Assembly: GCF_963921235.1 (NCBI RefSeq)
Contig: NC_086097.1
Coordinates: forward strand, 189,784,001 to 189,848,000
Reading direction: 5' to 3'
Source of the DNA: Mobula hypostoma
Taxonomy: Eukaryota
DNA length: 64,000 bases
Shown here piece after piece: positions 38,410-50,989 of this stretch (within the stretch, counting starts at the first letter, position 1; each line of letters begins with the position of its first letter). The notes under the pieces were generated by a model. The model was not told where the DNA came from. It made no database searches and worked only from the letters and a program-made list of their open reading frames with translations. The position numbers and the translations under genes were made by a program.

Positions 38410-39720
38410 ACATTCATGGGGACACAGGCATTACCGCCAAGGTTGGCATTTATATTAAGTTGTGAAGGTAAAGGCAAACCACATAATTCAATTCCCACCT
38501 TTGGAAAGTGCTGTTGAACACAGATACTCCAGGATTAAGGTCCAATGATGAAAGATAAATAGAAATGAATTCCCAAATCAGGATATTGTGTGACTTGTAC
38601 CAGCTGGAGATAGTAATCCTGCTGCCCTTGTCCTTCTAAGTGGCAGAGGTTTGTTAATGAAATCTGATAAGCTACTGAGTACAACTTTTATTACAGTTGA
38701 TTCTTCAGCATCAACAGTCAACGCACATGTGATGGAAGGAATGCCTGTGAACTGAATCCCAATCAAGCAGGATGACGCTGATCTTCTCAAATATTTTTGA
38801 AGCTGAACTTGTCCAAAGAAATCGAGACTGTTCCAACATATTCTTGAAAACACGTTGTGGAATGGTTTAGCAGGAGACAGAAGGTACAGCATTTGAGTCC
38901 TCTGTTCAAACATATGACGAGTTGAGTAATTATCCTGAGATGATAGAGCTGCAACATACCTACTTATTCAAACACCTCCTCCAAACTGCTGCAGACACAA
39001 TATTATTGCCAAGGGAGCAGTCATCTATTTGAATTGTGCTACTTGAAATGATAGGAACCTTGGAACAACAACCACTCTTTTAAGCTAGTACTATCTAATA
39101 ACAATGTCTATTGTTTGAGACTATCCAGTTTCTGCTTCTAAACACTGGCTATCTGATGCCACACACTGTAAAATTCTATGCTACCAATATTACACTAGTA
39201 GTCTTAAATCAACACACAACAATTACCCTTTACAATTAGTACTAGTTCTTACTTCACCTTCAGAATTCAGCATGTTGCTCCATGGCTGGTCCATGTTTGT
39301 AGTAATTTCTGGAGACGTGGTCGTGACAGAACCTAACCTGAGCAGTTAGTCAAAGTTCAAGTAAGTTATTGTTGGTCAAAGACATCTTCCATCAGTGATG
39401 ATGCCTATGATGTTTACGAGTAGATTCTTAGAACAGTTATTGGCCAGCCTGGATCTTTACCACATTTTCTGAGCAGGACAAACCTATCCAATTTCCCATA
39501 TTGCATGTTAATAATGGAGGAACATCAGAACAGACTACTTAGAGACGCTATTAGTTCGGGAGCACAAGTCTTCAGCTCAGTATTTGGGAAGCTGCCAGGG
39601 TCCACAGCTTTTGCTCAGTTAGGTCATAAATTTGGGGTGAATCAAATTGAGTATAATGACAGGGACCCCAAAATGAAACAGATACATCATCCACATAGCA
39701 CCGCTAGTTAAGCTTAGCCA
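38410..39720 (-). mobile_element. Ancient, heavily decayed LINE (CR1/L2 group, tentative)
   Basis: Starts with CATTCATGGGGACACAGGCATTACCGCCAAGGTTGGCATTTAT; a similar motif occurs near 16905. No clean ORF. Confidence 0.35.
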
Positions 39721-40659
39721 AGTGTATAATTTGAGATCTCTCTTCAGGTGTTATATGTACAAATATCATTCATTAAAAAAAGTATTACAAGAAAATCAAG
39801 GCAGTCATTTATCTTATTTCCGCTCACACATTTGAACTAGTGGTCATAAAAACACCAGCAAAATTTAGACAGCCATTGCCAAATGATTTGTGGATATGCT
39901 CAACATAAATTGGGTTTTATTTCACATTTTTGTTATTCCTTAGTGCTCTTTCACATGGTGCTGAGTTACTGCAGTGTGTTTGTGGGTGAGCTACTTTACA
40001 ACAAGAGATTCATAAAATAAAAGAGCTAGTGATTATTACAGGAAGTTCTGCGCTTAACGTGCATGATTTATGAAAGTTATTAATATAATTAGAAGAGAAT
40101 CAATATTGAATTCATCCTTTAAATTTATGGGAAGTTTATGTATGTCTGCCACTTTGAATTATGAAGTAGAGTGATTCAGAGAAATATGAAAATGCCAGAC
40201 ATGTGACTAAGTATATACCCTATTTATGATCTTGGAAATACATTACCATAGGCAATTTATTTTGCAGCTGAAGGAATATAATTTGGAAATTTTCCCCCGA
40301 TGTGCTTCTGCCTTCACTACCATTGAACAACGGCAGATGAGTTTTTTTCCAGTAACGATTTTTCCACATTGTCTAATCACAGTATTGAAAAACCAATGCA
40401 CATCTGTTGCTATGGAAACGATCACATTGTTACCACTTTCAGACTATCATACAGATCTGCCCATCATTTTACATACAACTGCTTGCCTGAGATTGACTAA
40501 TGCACACTAATCAGAAATTCAAAATGTTTATTGCAGAAGGGGAGAAACGTGCTATCTCTGGAAGGACAGCATACTTGACAGAAGAATTGGTTTTTTTTGC
40601 CAGTCCACCCGGGATTCTTTTTAAACAGAAAATATGAAATTGCTTTTTCTCCCTTAACA

Positions 40660-41045
40660 GAGGAGTGAAGGAGGTAGGAGAGTGACCTGATAGAAATATA
40701 CAAAATTATGAGAGCATAAAATATGGTAAATGGCCAAATTTTTCCCCAAGAGAGGGTTATCAAAAACAAGAGAAACAAGAGGGTTTATGTTTAAACATAA
40801 GTGGAATGAGATGTTAAAGGGGACCTGAGAGGTAAGGTGTTTTATTTTTACACAGATAATGGTTGACATCGAGATTATACTGATACAAGTGGTGGAATCA
40901 GATACAATCACTATAGTTAAGAGGCATTTTTACAGACACCTAAGTAGGCAAGATATGGCAGGATACAGTCCTACTGTGGATGAGCAAAAAGGTCAGCATG
41001 AAGGTTATGGGAAAAGGGCCTATTTCTACACTGTATGAATGACTC
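40660..41045 (+). mobile_element. CR1 3' fragment
   Basis: GTGACCTGATAGAAATATACAAAATTATGAG (DLIEIYKIMR) and a 3' UTR ending GGGCCTATTTCTACACTGTATGA. Confidence 0.7.
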
Positions 41046-42771
41046 ACTAGGCTGTCTCTTCATTCCTTAAAGTCATTTAAAGCTCATTTACCATTGACAC
41101 CCTTGACCTTGGTACAGAACTATTCTCTACCATCAGAATTATAGGTAAGTTTAAACATGAGAGAAATAAAAGTCTAGTTCACCAATCATTCAAATTTATT
41201 TTCTTCAACACTGCTTAATGTAATTTTTGGGTCAATTAGAGGAATTATTGCTTTCTCATCTGAAAGTCACAGGTTGAAATCTCCCACGAGTATTTGAATA
41301 CTTCAAAATATTACTTTAATTCAGCTCCAAAGAAAACCCTGCATTAGACCTATTGCCTGCCTCCATGCTATGTGTTAAAAAGTGGCCACTAGACTTGTTT
41401 ACACAGTAAGGCAAATCACTTCATCCACTGTACCTTAACTGCACTGTATGCTTTGTATCAAATATAAGGAAGCTCCGGTCCTACAAAAAATTTGTTTCTT
41501 TAAGCTTTTTTAGAAATGACTAACAACAAATTAAAATTGCTACTCATTTCTGTGATTCAAAAGCACAAGAGTAAATATTTCAGGGAAAGGTTCAGCAATT
41601 CCATCACTACATCCACACAGTTAATTTAATTCTGCTCTTCATCATTGACTAATCATCATCCCTGATAGAGACATTTCATTCAGCGTGTGAAAAAAAAATA
41701 GGAAGGTTTTAGGTTACTACATCTAAAGCTACAGCATATTCATCACATAAACATCTTCAAAAAGTTCAGTTTTTGTTCATGTAGTAATTGTTTTGCAAAT
41801 CCCCAGATGCACACAATACTAACATGTAGGTACACGAACATTCTGCCTTAAATTTTGCACATTTACTGTGAAAGAGATGACTATCAATTCTTAGATTTGA
41901 TTGCACACATTGAAACATTTTCCTCACCTACTGTCATTCTTTTCAACAAAGCAATATTCAGCTTTCAAAATGAATTCAAAACACCCATGTATTCATAACA
42001 CACCCGTTCATATCTTTTCCGAGAAATTTTTATCGGAGTGCTGCTCCCTTCAAACTGGAGGGTATAGCTAGATGGCATTCAAGAAAATGAAAGCTACTGT
42101 TCTCTGCCAAGCTTCTTAGTCAAAATTTTTGTTAAAACATGTAAATTAGCATGATGTAACTTAAAGAGGATGTTCTGGAAACCGACATAATTGTTCTACC
42201 GAGTAACCTACAAAAATTTAGTGCCTATTCCACACCAAGCTCAGCTCCGTGAACACATACTGGATTTTTTTTCCCTGGTCTTGAAGTGCTTGGTGAGAAC
42301 TCAGTGAGTAATCATGGCATGCCAATTCCACTCCGGGAATCACGAGAATGGTACCAGTCCCTACAGAATCAATGACATGTCATCTTTCTGCTGTGCACCC
42401 AATTCAAAATTCAAGCCCATCTTTTTGTTTAAATGAAGTTGTTGATTTCACTGTTTACAAAAAATGCTTCATGGACACCTACCTGCCTTGACGCACAGTT
42501 TTTTGAAGGTTCTAATTATTCTTGACCAGGACCACACAACCATAAGCTTGTCACCAGATTCCTGAAATAAGCTTTACTTTCCAAGCTCCCTATCAGAGTG
42601 AGAGTGCTCAAGAATAGACATGCTTCAAGGACATTCATAAAGACTCCTTCAAAAAAAATGCAACACCTCACCAGCTCATGCAAGTCCCTGAAACATAGGT
42701 AATCAAAATACAGAAGGGCCATCCTTGAAGGAATACAGAGCATCAGGAAGCCTTTGGGAACTTTCAGAATA

Positions 42772-43395
42772 ACACATACAAAATGCTGGAGGAACTCAAC
42801 AGGTCAGGCAGGAAGTCCAAAGTTCAAAGTTCGCGGTAAATTTATTATATGGCGCCATATACACTGAGCCTCATTTTCTTGTGGCATACTCAAAAATTCA
42901 TAACAGAATAATAACCATGATAGAATCAATGAAACGCCGCACCAACTTGTGTGTTCAACCAATGTGCGAAATACAACAAACTGTGCAAATACAAAAGGAA
43001 AGAAATAATAATAATAAATAAATAATATGGAGAACAGGAGATGAAGAGTCCTTGAAACTGAGTCCATTTGTTGTGGGAACACTTCAATGATGGGGCAAGT
43101 GAAATTGAGTGACATAATCCCCTCTGGTTCAAGATTCTGATGGTTGAGGTATAATAACCGTTCCTGAACTTGGTGGCGTACCACCTGAGGCTCCTATATG
43201 TTTTTCCTGATGGCAGCAGTGAGAAGGGAGCATGGCCTGAGTAGTGAGGACACCTGATGGTGGATGCTGCTTGCCTGTGACAACGCTTTATGTAGATATG
43301 CTCAATGGAGGGGAGGGCTTTATCCATGATGAACTGGGATGGAGCGTGATGAATGAAGAAGTCAATGTTTCTGGTTGAGACTCTTCATCAGGACT
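42772..43395 (-). mobile_element. PLE pLTR split by a Rex1 3' fragment (Rex1 at about 42817-43342, -)
   Basis: ACACATACAAAATGCTGGAGGAACTCAACAGGTCAGGCAG, then the Rex1 tail (AAAGTTC)n and LPSIEHIYIKRC...FSLLPSGKTYRSL, then GTCAATGTTTCTGGTTGAGACTCTTCATCAGGACT (reverse hammerhead remnant). Confidence 0.75.
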
Positions 43396-43544
43396 AGCAG
43401 AAAGACCACAAAAAAACCTACCTTTATCTATCCGCCCACTGTATCAAGCACCAATGCTGTAAAGTCTGCAGATCCCACAAGAACCCTTAAACACTTTCCA
43501 AATCCAAGGAACTACCCAAGAACAAGAACCTCCTTGCATTGGAG

Positions 43545-44205
43545 TTTCAGAGTCAGAATCTGTTTTATCATCACTGACATATGTTGTGGGACTTGTTGTT
43601 TTTGGCAGCAGTACAGTTCAGGACATAAAAAATATACTAGAAGGTACAACAAAAGTAAATAATACACAAGAGAATAGCAAGATTGTGTTCATGGACAGTT
43701 CAGAAATCTATTGCCAGAGGGGATGAACCTGTTCCTTAAACACTAAGTGTGGGCCTTCAGGCTCCTGTACTTGCTCCCTGATGGTAGTAATGAGCATGCC
43801 TAGAAGGTGAGGGCCCTTAATGTTCGATGGCACCTTCTTGAAGCACTGTGATTAGACAATGTCCTCAAAGAAAGACAGGCTTGTGCCCATAATGGAGCCA
43901 CCTGAGTCTAAAATCCTCTGCAGCCTCTTGTGATTCTGTACATTGGAGCGTCCATACCAGGCAGTGACACAACCAGTCAGAATGCTTTCCACCGCACATC
44001 TGTAGAAATTTAACAGAGTCATTGGTAGCTTACCAAACCTCCTCAGTCTCTTAATGAAATATAGCCACTGGTGTGACTTCTCTACGATTGCGCCCAGAAT
44101 AGATCCTATGAATATGAATGCCCAGGAACTTGAAGCCACTCACCCGTTCCATTGCTGATCCCTCACTGAGGGCTTGTATATGTTCTCCTGTCTTTCCTCT
44201 TCCTG
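43545..44205 (-). mobile_element. Rex1/Babar 3' fragment
   Basis: QWLYFIKRLRRFG...FYRCAVESILTGCVTAWYG; tail TCAGAGTCAGAATC. Confidence 0.85.
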
Positions 44206-44904
44206 TATAACATGGCTGATCATTATCTAATTGAAAATTATTATTTAGTGAATTATTTCCTTATTTCAATAGAGTTCTGTACCTATTTGTAAAAAAAACA
44301 TTTAAAAAGCCTTCTCTTAAATGGGTCCATCGCTAACCCTGACAGCTAATTTTCATGTAAAAATATAAAGAAAAAGAGACATCTTACTGAAGCAAAAAAA
44401 GCCTCACTTGCTTTTCAATTAAATGTAGAATATATTTTTCATGTCAATTATTAAAGTGATAATTACTTATTTGACAAGATGAGCCAAAGGGAACGTTTTT
44501 GCGTTCATTCTATAATTCTAACCTGTGGGCCTAACTCTCATTTATACTTGCCCATTTCAGAATTTCATTAATTTAAATAAAATGCATAATTGCTACGATT
44601 CAAAAATCTCACTGAGAGTGGTGAAATTGTAATAAAATAAATAACATAATTGAATACAATGATGATTCCTTAATATTTAAAAAAAATCAGTTCCTGATAA
44701 TGCCACTGCTGCTATTTTAATACAATTTTAAAACTCAACATTATCCATACCTCCATCAAAGCTTGTGCTTAAAAAAGGTAAAGAATCAAGTGTACTGCAA
44801 AAAAATGAGACCTAATTTAACTGAATTATTTGGATCGGCATGTAATGAATTTTATCTGGTACTCTGTGCTGAAGTGCAAAGTACATTTTATTCATTCTGG
44901 TCAC

Positions 44905-45068
44905 ATGCAGATTTACCACCCTCTGACTAAAGTAATTTCTCTGCATCTCTGTTCTAAATGGACGTCCTTCAATCCTGAAGTCATGCCCTCTTGTCCTAAA
45001 CTCCCTTACCATGGGAAATAACTTTGCAATATCTAATCTGTTCAGGCTTTTTAACATTCGGAATGTTT
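44905..45068 (-). mobile_element. CR1 ORF2-end fragment
   Basis: RTRGHDFRIEGRPFRTEMQRNYFSQRVVNL. Confidence 0.75.
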
Positions 45069-45652
45069 AAAATTCAAAATTTCAATACAGCACCTTCAGT
45101 CCTGCATTCTTTGTCCTTTTGAATTTTGCCTCTGTGGTACAATTGAACACCTACGCTCTGTCCGCCAGAGAAAGCAGGCTCTCCCAGTGGCCACACATTT
45201 TAATTCCACATCCCATTCCCATTCTGATATGTCCATCCACGGCCTCCTCTACTGTAAAGATGAAGCCACACTCAGGTTGGAGGAACAACACCTTATATTC
45301 CGTCTGGGTAGCTTCCAACCTGATGGCATGAACATTGACTTCTCTAACTTCCGCTAATGCCCGACCTCCTCCTCGTACCCCACCCATTTATTTATATACA
45401 CACATTCTCTCTCTCTCGCTCTCTCCTCCTGTCCCTCTGACTATACCCCTTGCCCATCCTCTGGGGTTCCCCCCCTCCCCCCTCCCCCCTCCCCCCTTTC
45501 CTTCTCCCTGGGCCTCCTGTCCCATGATCCTCTCATATCCCTTTTGCCAATCACCTATCCCGCTCTTGGCTCCATCCCTCCCCCTCCTGTCTTCTCCTAT
45601 CATTTTGGATCTCCCCCTCCCCCTCCCCCTCCCACTTTCAAATCTCTTACTA

Positions 45653-47120
45653 CAGATGAGGTGCCGGAGGATTGGAGAGTTGCTCATGTTGTTTCATTGT
45701 TTAAAAAAGGATCGAAAAGTAATCCGGGAAATTATAGGCAGGTAAGTTTAACATCAGTAGTAGGTAAGTTATTGGAGGGAGAACTAAGAGACAGAATCTA
45801 CAAGCTTTTGGATAGACAGGGACTTATTAGGGAGAGTCAACATGGCTTTGTGCGTGGTGGGTCATGTTTGACCAATCTATTGGAGTTTTTCGAGGAGGTT
45901 ACCAGGAAAGTGGATGAAGGGAAGGCAGTGGATATTGTCTACATGGACTTCAGTAAGGCCTTTGACAAGGTCCCACATGGGAGGTTAGTTAGGAAAATTC
46001 AGTCGCTAAGTATGCATGGAGAGGTGGTAAATTGGATTAGACATTGGCTCAATGGAAGAAGCCAGAGAGTGGTGGTAGAGAATTGCTTCTCTGAGTGGAG
46101 GCCTGTGACTTGTGGTGTGCCGCAGGGATCAGTGCTGGGTCCATTGTTATTTGTCATCTATATCAATGATCTGGATGATAATGTGGTAAATTGGATCAGC
46201 AAATTTGCTGATGATACAAAGATTGGAGGTGTAGTAGACAGTGAGGAAAGTTTTCAGAGCCTGCAGAGGGACTTGTACCAGCTGGAAAAATGGGCTGAAA
46301 AATGGCAGATGGAGTTTAATACAGACAAGTGTGAGGTATTGCACGTTGGAAGGACAAACCAAAGTAGAACATATAGGTTAATGGTAAGGCACTGAAGAGC
46401 GCAGTAGAACAGAGGGATCTGGGAATACAGATACAAAATTCCCTAAAAGTGGCGTCACAGGTAGATAGGGTTGTAAAGAGAGCTTTTGGTACACTGGCCT
46501 TTATTAATCAAAGTATTGAGTATAAGAGCTGGAATGTTATGATGAGGTTGTATAAGGCATTGGTGAGGCCGAATCTGGAGTATTGTGTTCAGTTTTGGTC
46601 ACCAAATTACAGGAAGGATATAAATAAGGTTGAAAGAGTGCAGAGAAGGTTTACAAGGATGTTGCCGGGACTTGAGAAACTCAGTTACAGAGAAAGGTTG
46701 AATAGGTTAGGACTTTATTCCCTGGAGCGTAGAAGAATGAGGGGAAATTTGATAGAGGCATATAAAATTATGATGGGTATAGATAGAGTGAATGCAAGCA
46801 GGCTTTTTCCACTGAGGCAAGGGGAGAAAAAAAACAGAGGACATGGGTTAAGGGTGAGGGGGGAAGAGTTTAAAGGGAACATTAGCGGGGGCTTCTTCAC
46901 ACCGAGAGTGGTGGGAAGTATGGAATGAGCTGCCAGACGAGGTGGTAAATGCGGGTTCTTTTTTAACATTTAAGAATAAATTGGACAGATACATGGATGG
47001 GAGGTGTATGGAGGGATATGGTCCGTGTGCAGGTCAGTGGGACTAGACAGAAAATGGTTTGGCACAGCCAAGGAGGGCCAAAAGGCCTGTTTCTGTGCTG
47101 TAGTTTTTCTATGGTTTCTA
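45653..47120 (+). mobile_element. CR1 LINE, 5'-truncated, young
   Basis: EVPEDWRVAHVV...QHGFVRGGSCLTNLLEFFEEV...KFADDTK...RTRGHG-type end, 3' UTR and TTTCTATGGTTTCTA tail. Confidence 0.92.
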
Positions 47121-47134
47121 GCTCTTCCTTCAGT

Positions 47135-47172
47135 TAGTCCTGACGAAGGGTCTCAGCCCGAAACGTCGACTA
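47135..47172 (+). ncRNA. Minimal type I hammerhead ribozyme motif in a PLE pLTR
   Basis: Helix I TAGTC/GACTA, core CTGACGA plus an extra A, helix II GGG-tctcag-CCC, GAAA, palindromic helix III ACGT. Predicted cleavage after GTC (47167). Confidence 0.8.
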
Positions 47173-47439
47173 TACTTCTTCCTAGAGATGCTGCCTGGCC
47201 TGCTGCGTTCACCAGCAACTTTGATGTGTGTTGCTTGAATTTCCAGCATCTGCAGAATTCCTCGTGTGTACAATTTAACTGTTTGCTCTGTCTGCATTTG
47301 TACCTAATCATTGGGTTGTCCTTCCCAACAGAGATTGGTTGGTATTACACTGTGTGCATCACTAAGTCCTGACTAGAAAAAAAGGCCATAGATGGGAGCT
47401 TAACATCAAAGAATAGACTTTGTTTTGAAAGGACAGGCA

Positions 47440-48940
47440 GGATAGATATCCCCCACAGGATAAGTAGTTCTCAAATGGCAGGGGTAGGTAACCGTGGCTG
47501 ACAAGGGAAATTAAGGACTGCATAAAAGCCAAGGAAAGGACACATAAGGTAGCAAAAGTGAGTGGGAGGTTGGATGATTGGGAAGCTTTTAAAATCCAAC
47601 AAAAAGCACCTAAAAAAGCTCTAAGAAGGGCAAAAATGAAACATGAGGGCAAACTAGCCAATAATATAAAGCAGGATACTAAAAGTATTTTCAGTTATAT
47701 AGAGAGTAAAAGGGAAGTGAGAGTTAATATTGGACCACTGGAAAATGATGCTGGTGAGAAGGTAATGGGGAACAAAGAAATGGCAGATGAACTTAAGGGT
47801 ACTTTGCATCAGTCTTCACTGTGGAAGATACTAGCAGTGTGCCAGAGGTCTGTGAGTGTTAGGGAGCAGGAGTGAGTGCCATTGGTATTACAAAGTAAAA
47901 AGTGCTTAGGCAAACTGAAAGGTCTTACGGTGGATGAGTCATCCAGGCTAGATGGACTACATCCCAGAGATAAAGGATGCATTAGTCGTGACCTTTTAAG
48001 AATCACTTGATTCTGGCAGGGTCCCAGACTGGAAAATTGCAAATATCACTCCACTCTTTATGAAGGGAGGAAGGCAGAAGAAAGGAAACTATAGGCCAGT
48101 TAGCCTAACCTCAATGGTTGGGAAAGTTTTGGGCAAAAAAATGGCAGATGGAATACAATTTTGGGCGATGTATGATAACGCATTTTGGCAAAAGGAAAAA
48201 TAGTGTAGACTATTATCTAAATGGGGAGAAAATTCAAACATTAAAGAGGCTGAGGGATTTAGGAGTTCTTGGGCAAGACTCCCAGAAGTTTAATTTACAG
48301 GTTGAGGCTGTGGTAAAGGCAGTAAATGGAATGTTGCCATTTATTTCAAGGAGATTAGAATATAAAAGCATGGAGATAATGCTGGAAATAAAGTTGAGGC
48401 TTTACAAGACACTAGTCAGGCCGCACTTGGAGTACTGTCAACATTTTTGGCTCCCATATGTCAGAAAGGAAACGCTGTCATAGGAGAGAGTCCAGAGGAG
48501 GGTCATAAGGATGATTCCGGAAATGAAGGAGTTAACATATGAGAAGTATTTGGCAGCTTTAACACTGGAATTTAGAAGAATGCGGGGGGCGGGAGAATCT
48601 CATTGAAACCTACTGAATGCTGAAAGGACTAGATAGGGTGGATGTGGAGAGGATGTTTCCACAGAACTGGAGGACACAGCCTCAAAATTGAGGAGTGACA
48701 TTTTAGAACAGAGGTAAGGAGGTACTATTTTTAGCCAGAGAGTAATGAATCTGTGGAATGCTCTGCCACCGTCCGTGAGGGGGCCAAGTCCATGAGTATA
48801 TTTAAGACGGAAGTTGATAGTTTCCTGAGAAGATATGGTGAGATGGCTGGTGTATGGGGGGGATCTGGGATCAGCCAAGATGGAATAACGGAACAGACTC
48901 GATAGCTAAATGGACTAATTCAGCGCTTATGTCTTATGGT
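47440..48940 (+). mobile_element. CR1 fragment with the RT core deleted near 48130
   Basis: KLANNIKQDTKSIFSYI...NYRPVSLTSMVGK is joined directly to WAKKWQMEYN. The 3' UTR ends TATGTCTTATGGT. Confidence 0.85.
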
Positions 48941-50989
48941 GTTTTTCCACCAAGAAATAGCCAATGCACATTCCATGACCATTTTTGCAAAGTTGTACCT
49001 TGTATTTTTTGAAGATCTATACAGTTTCTCCTGTGGGTATATGTGGTGCTACAAGAGTAGAGATTCACAGGAGAAGGAAACATTCACTGAACATGCACCA
49101 AATGGGAATCGCTGAGCAGTCTGCCTGTCCTCAAATAAGTAAGCCATGGAGGTTGGTTCAAAACTCTTGACTGAAGAGTTAATCTTTAAGACTACAGATA
49201 AACCACAAAACCTCTGATGATAGGAATAGGATCAATATCTTTGTGAATATCTCTCAATAGTTTCAATAAAATTGCTAATTCTCTTTTCCAGAAACCAATT
49301 GTTACGTCAGCAGTTGTGTTGATGCACACAAAGTATGACAAGTTACAAATCCATTGAATATTGGCAGCAATTACAGCTATTTTCTCTTGTTTAAAACAAT
49401 CCTTGGGTTATGATGATAAAATTTTAGCTTTGTTGCAGAAACTTATTATGTTGCTTAAGATTATTTAACAAAATACAGACCAGAGACTGATGATTATCAT
49501 TAGCAGGTTTCAGGTCAATGAAATACACAAGTAGATATTACAAGTTGCATTGACGGAAATAAAGGAGCGTTAAAGCAATATGAGATGTTTTTATTCTGTT
49601 AAGTGTATATAAATATATTGATTGAGTGGGTAACTAAAGTTGAGATACACATCAGGCATGATTTAATGGAAGTCAATATTGAATCACATACTAAAATATT
49701 TGATAAAAATGTCACAATGAAATAAAACTATATGGTTATGAAGCATAATCATTTGCAGTATTCACACATAGATTAAACAATATCTCACTGGTAGAAATGC
49801 AAAATCCTGCAAAACTGCAAAAAAAGAGACTGTTAACAATTAGCAGTTCAAGTAGCATTTGTGGAGAACAAATCAAGTAAAGCTTTCAAGTTACTGCTGT
49901 TTCATTTGTGTATTTCTAGCACTTTCTTTTTTTTCCCATGGTGTTGGAATAGCTTCAGCCCATTATAAACATATCCATGTAGTTTTGGAAAGGCCCACAC
50001 TAATCCAATTGTAGGAGATGTTTTTCACCTTGTTACAATCTAAGACTTCCATTTCCTATTAATGCACATTTAGAACCTTGTCTTTAATACAACTTTAAAG
50101 TCCATATTTTTCATTTTAATCATAAAACATATTTTTCTCCTATCCCATACATAATTATTTAAAACAATAAGCTGTAATGGCAACTGTTCAGAATTTGATG
50201 ACATTTGGTTGAGAAAAACATAAATGAACAATCCATTTCTTCCTTCTCATCCCTAGAAGATAATTGTACTGCAATATTAACCTCTACTGTTGTTCTCATA
50301 TTCTGTTTACTCTTTCAACACACTCAGTTCAGAAATGATTAGATTTTCATCTGCTACGTCTGCTATTAATCACATCTAATATTGGATCTATAGCCCAAAG
50401 AACCATGCACACAAGTATCAATACTTTTTACAAGATTATTTCATTACAGTTCCAGACACCATCATTCCATGCACGTTTGCATTGTTTAAAAAAATTGGAA
50501 ACTTTATTATTATCGCTCTGTATCCTTAATGTTCTGAAGGTCATTAGGGCGATGAACTTCTGTGTATCTGGCTCTGACCAGACGGGGGATATCTCCACTA
50601 TTTCCCAATTTGGATAGCATGACAGACTGTTCATATTCAGCTTGCAGCCAAGGGCAGGGATAAGAGCTTGCTAAAGGCTGAGGTCACGTTGAAATTGTCT
50701 GATGTTGGAAGTTGGGTGTAGGGGTCTCCGAGTTGCTATATTCAAGATAGAGTGAAACTAATTTTTGTTCCCTCATTACCAGCTACTGGAGAGTATATAG
50801 TTTTGCTGGTGATCCACAAAGGCATTACTGTAATATAATGGGGAATCACATGGTGGGTAACACATCAATTCTTTGTCAACACAAAAACAATGCTTTGGAC
50901 TATATTCAGCTAGTATAGTACATATCAACAGGAGTGAAGCATGCAAGTCAATACCAGGTATGCAGGCTGCAGTCATGATCCCTTCATTC

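Larger units (their letters stand above)
45143..47268 (+). mobile_element. Penelope-like element (GIY-YIG C-terminus and pLTR), split by a CR1
   Basis: EHLRSVRQRKQALPVATHFNSTSHSHSDMSIHGLLYCKDEATLRLEEQHLIFRLGSFQPDGMNIDFSNFR. The pLTR stops at AAATCTCTTACTA (45652) and resumes at GCTCTTCCTTCAGTTAGTCC (47121). Confidence 0.88.

Noticed and set aside
45335..46395. Proline-rich peptide fused to RT (283-aa ORF)
   Set aside because: Chance read-through from the C-rich PLE pLTR into the inserted CR1.
50505..50680. Minus-strand open frame PWLQAEYEQSVMLSKLGNSGDIPRLVRARYTEVHRPNDLQNIKDTER
   Set aside because: Protein-like, but with no homology recognised and no strong acceptor.
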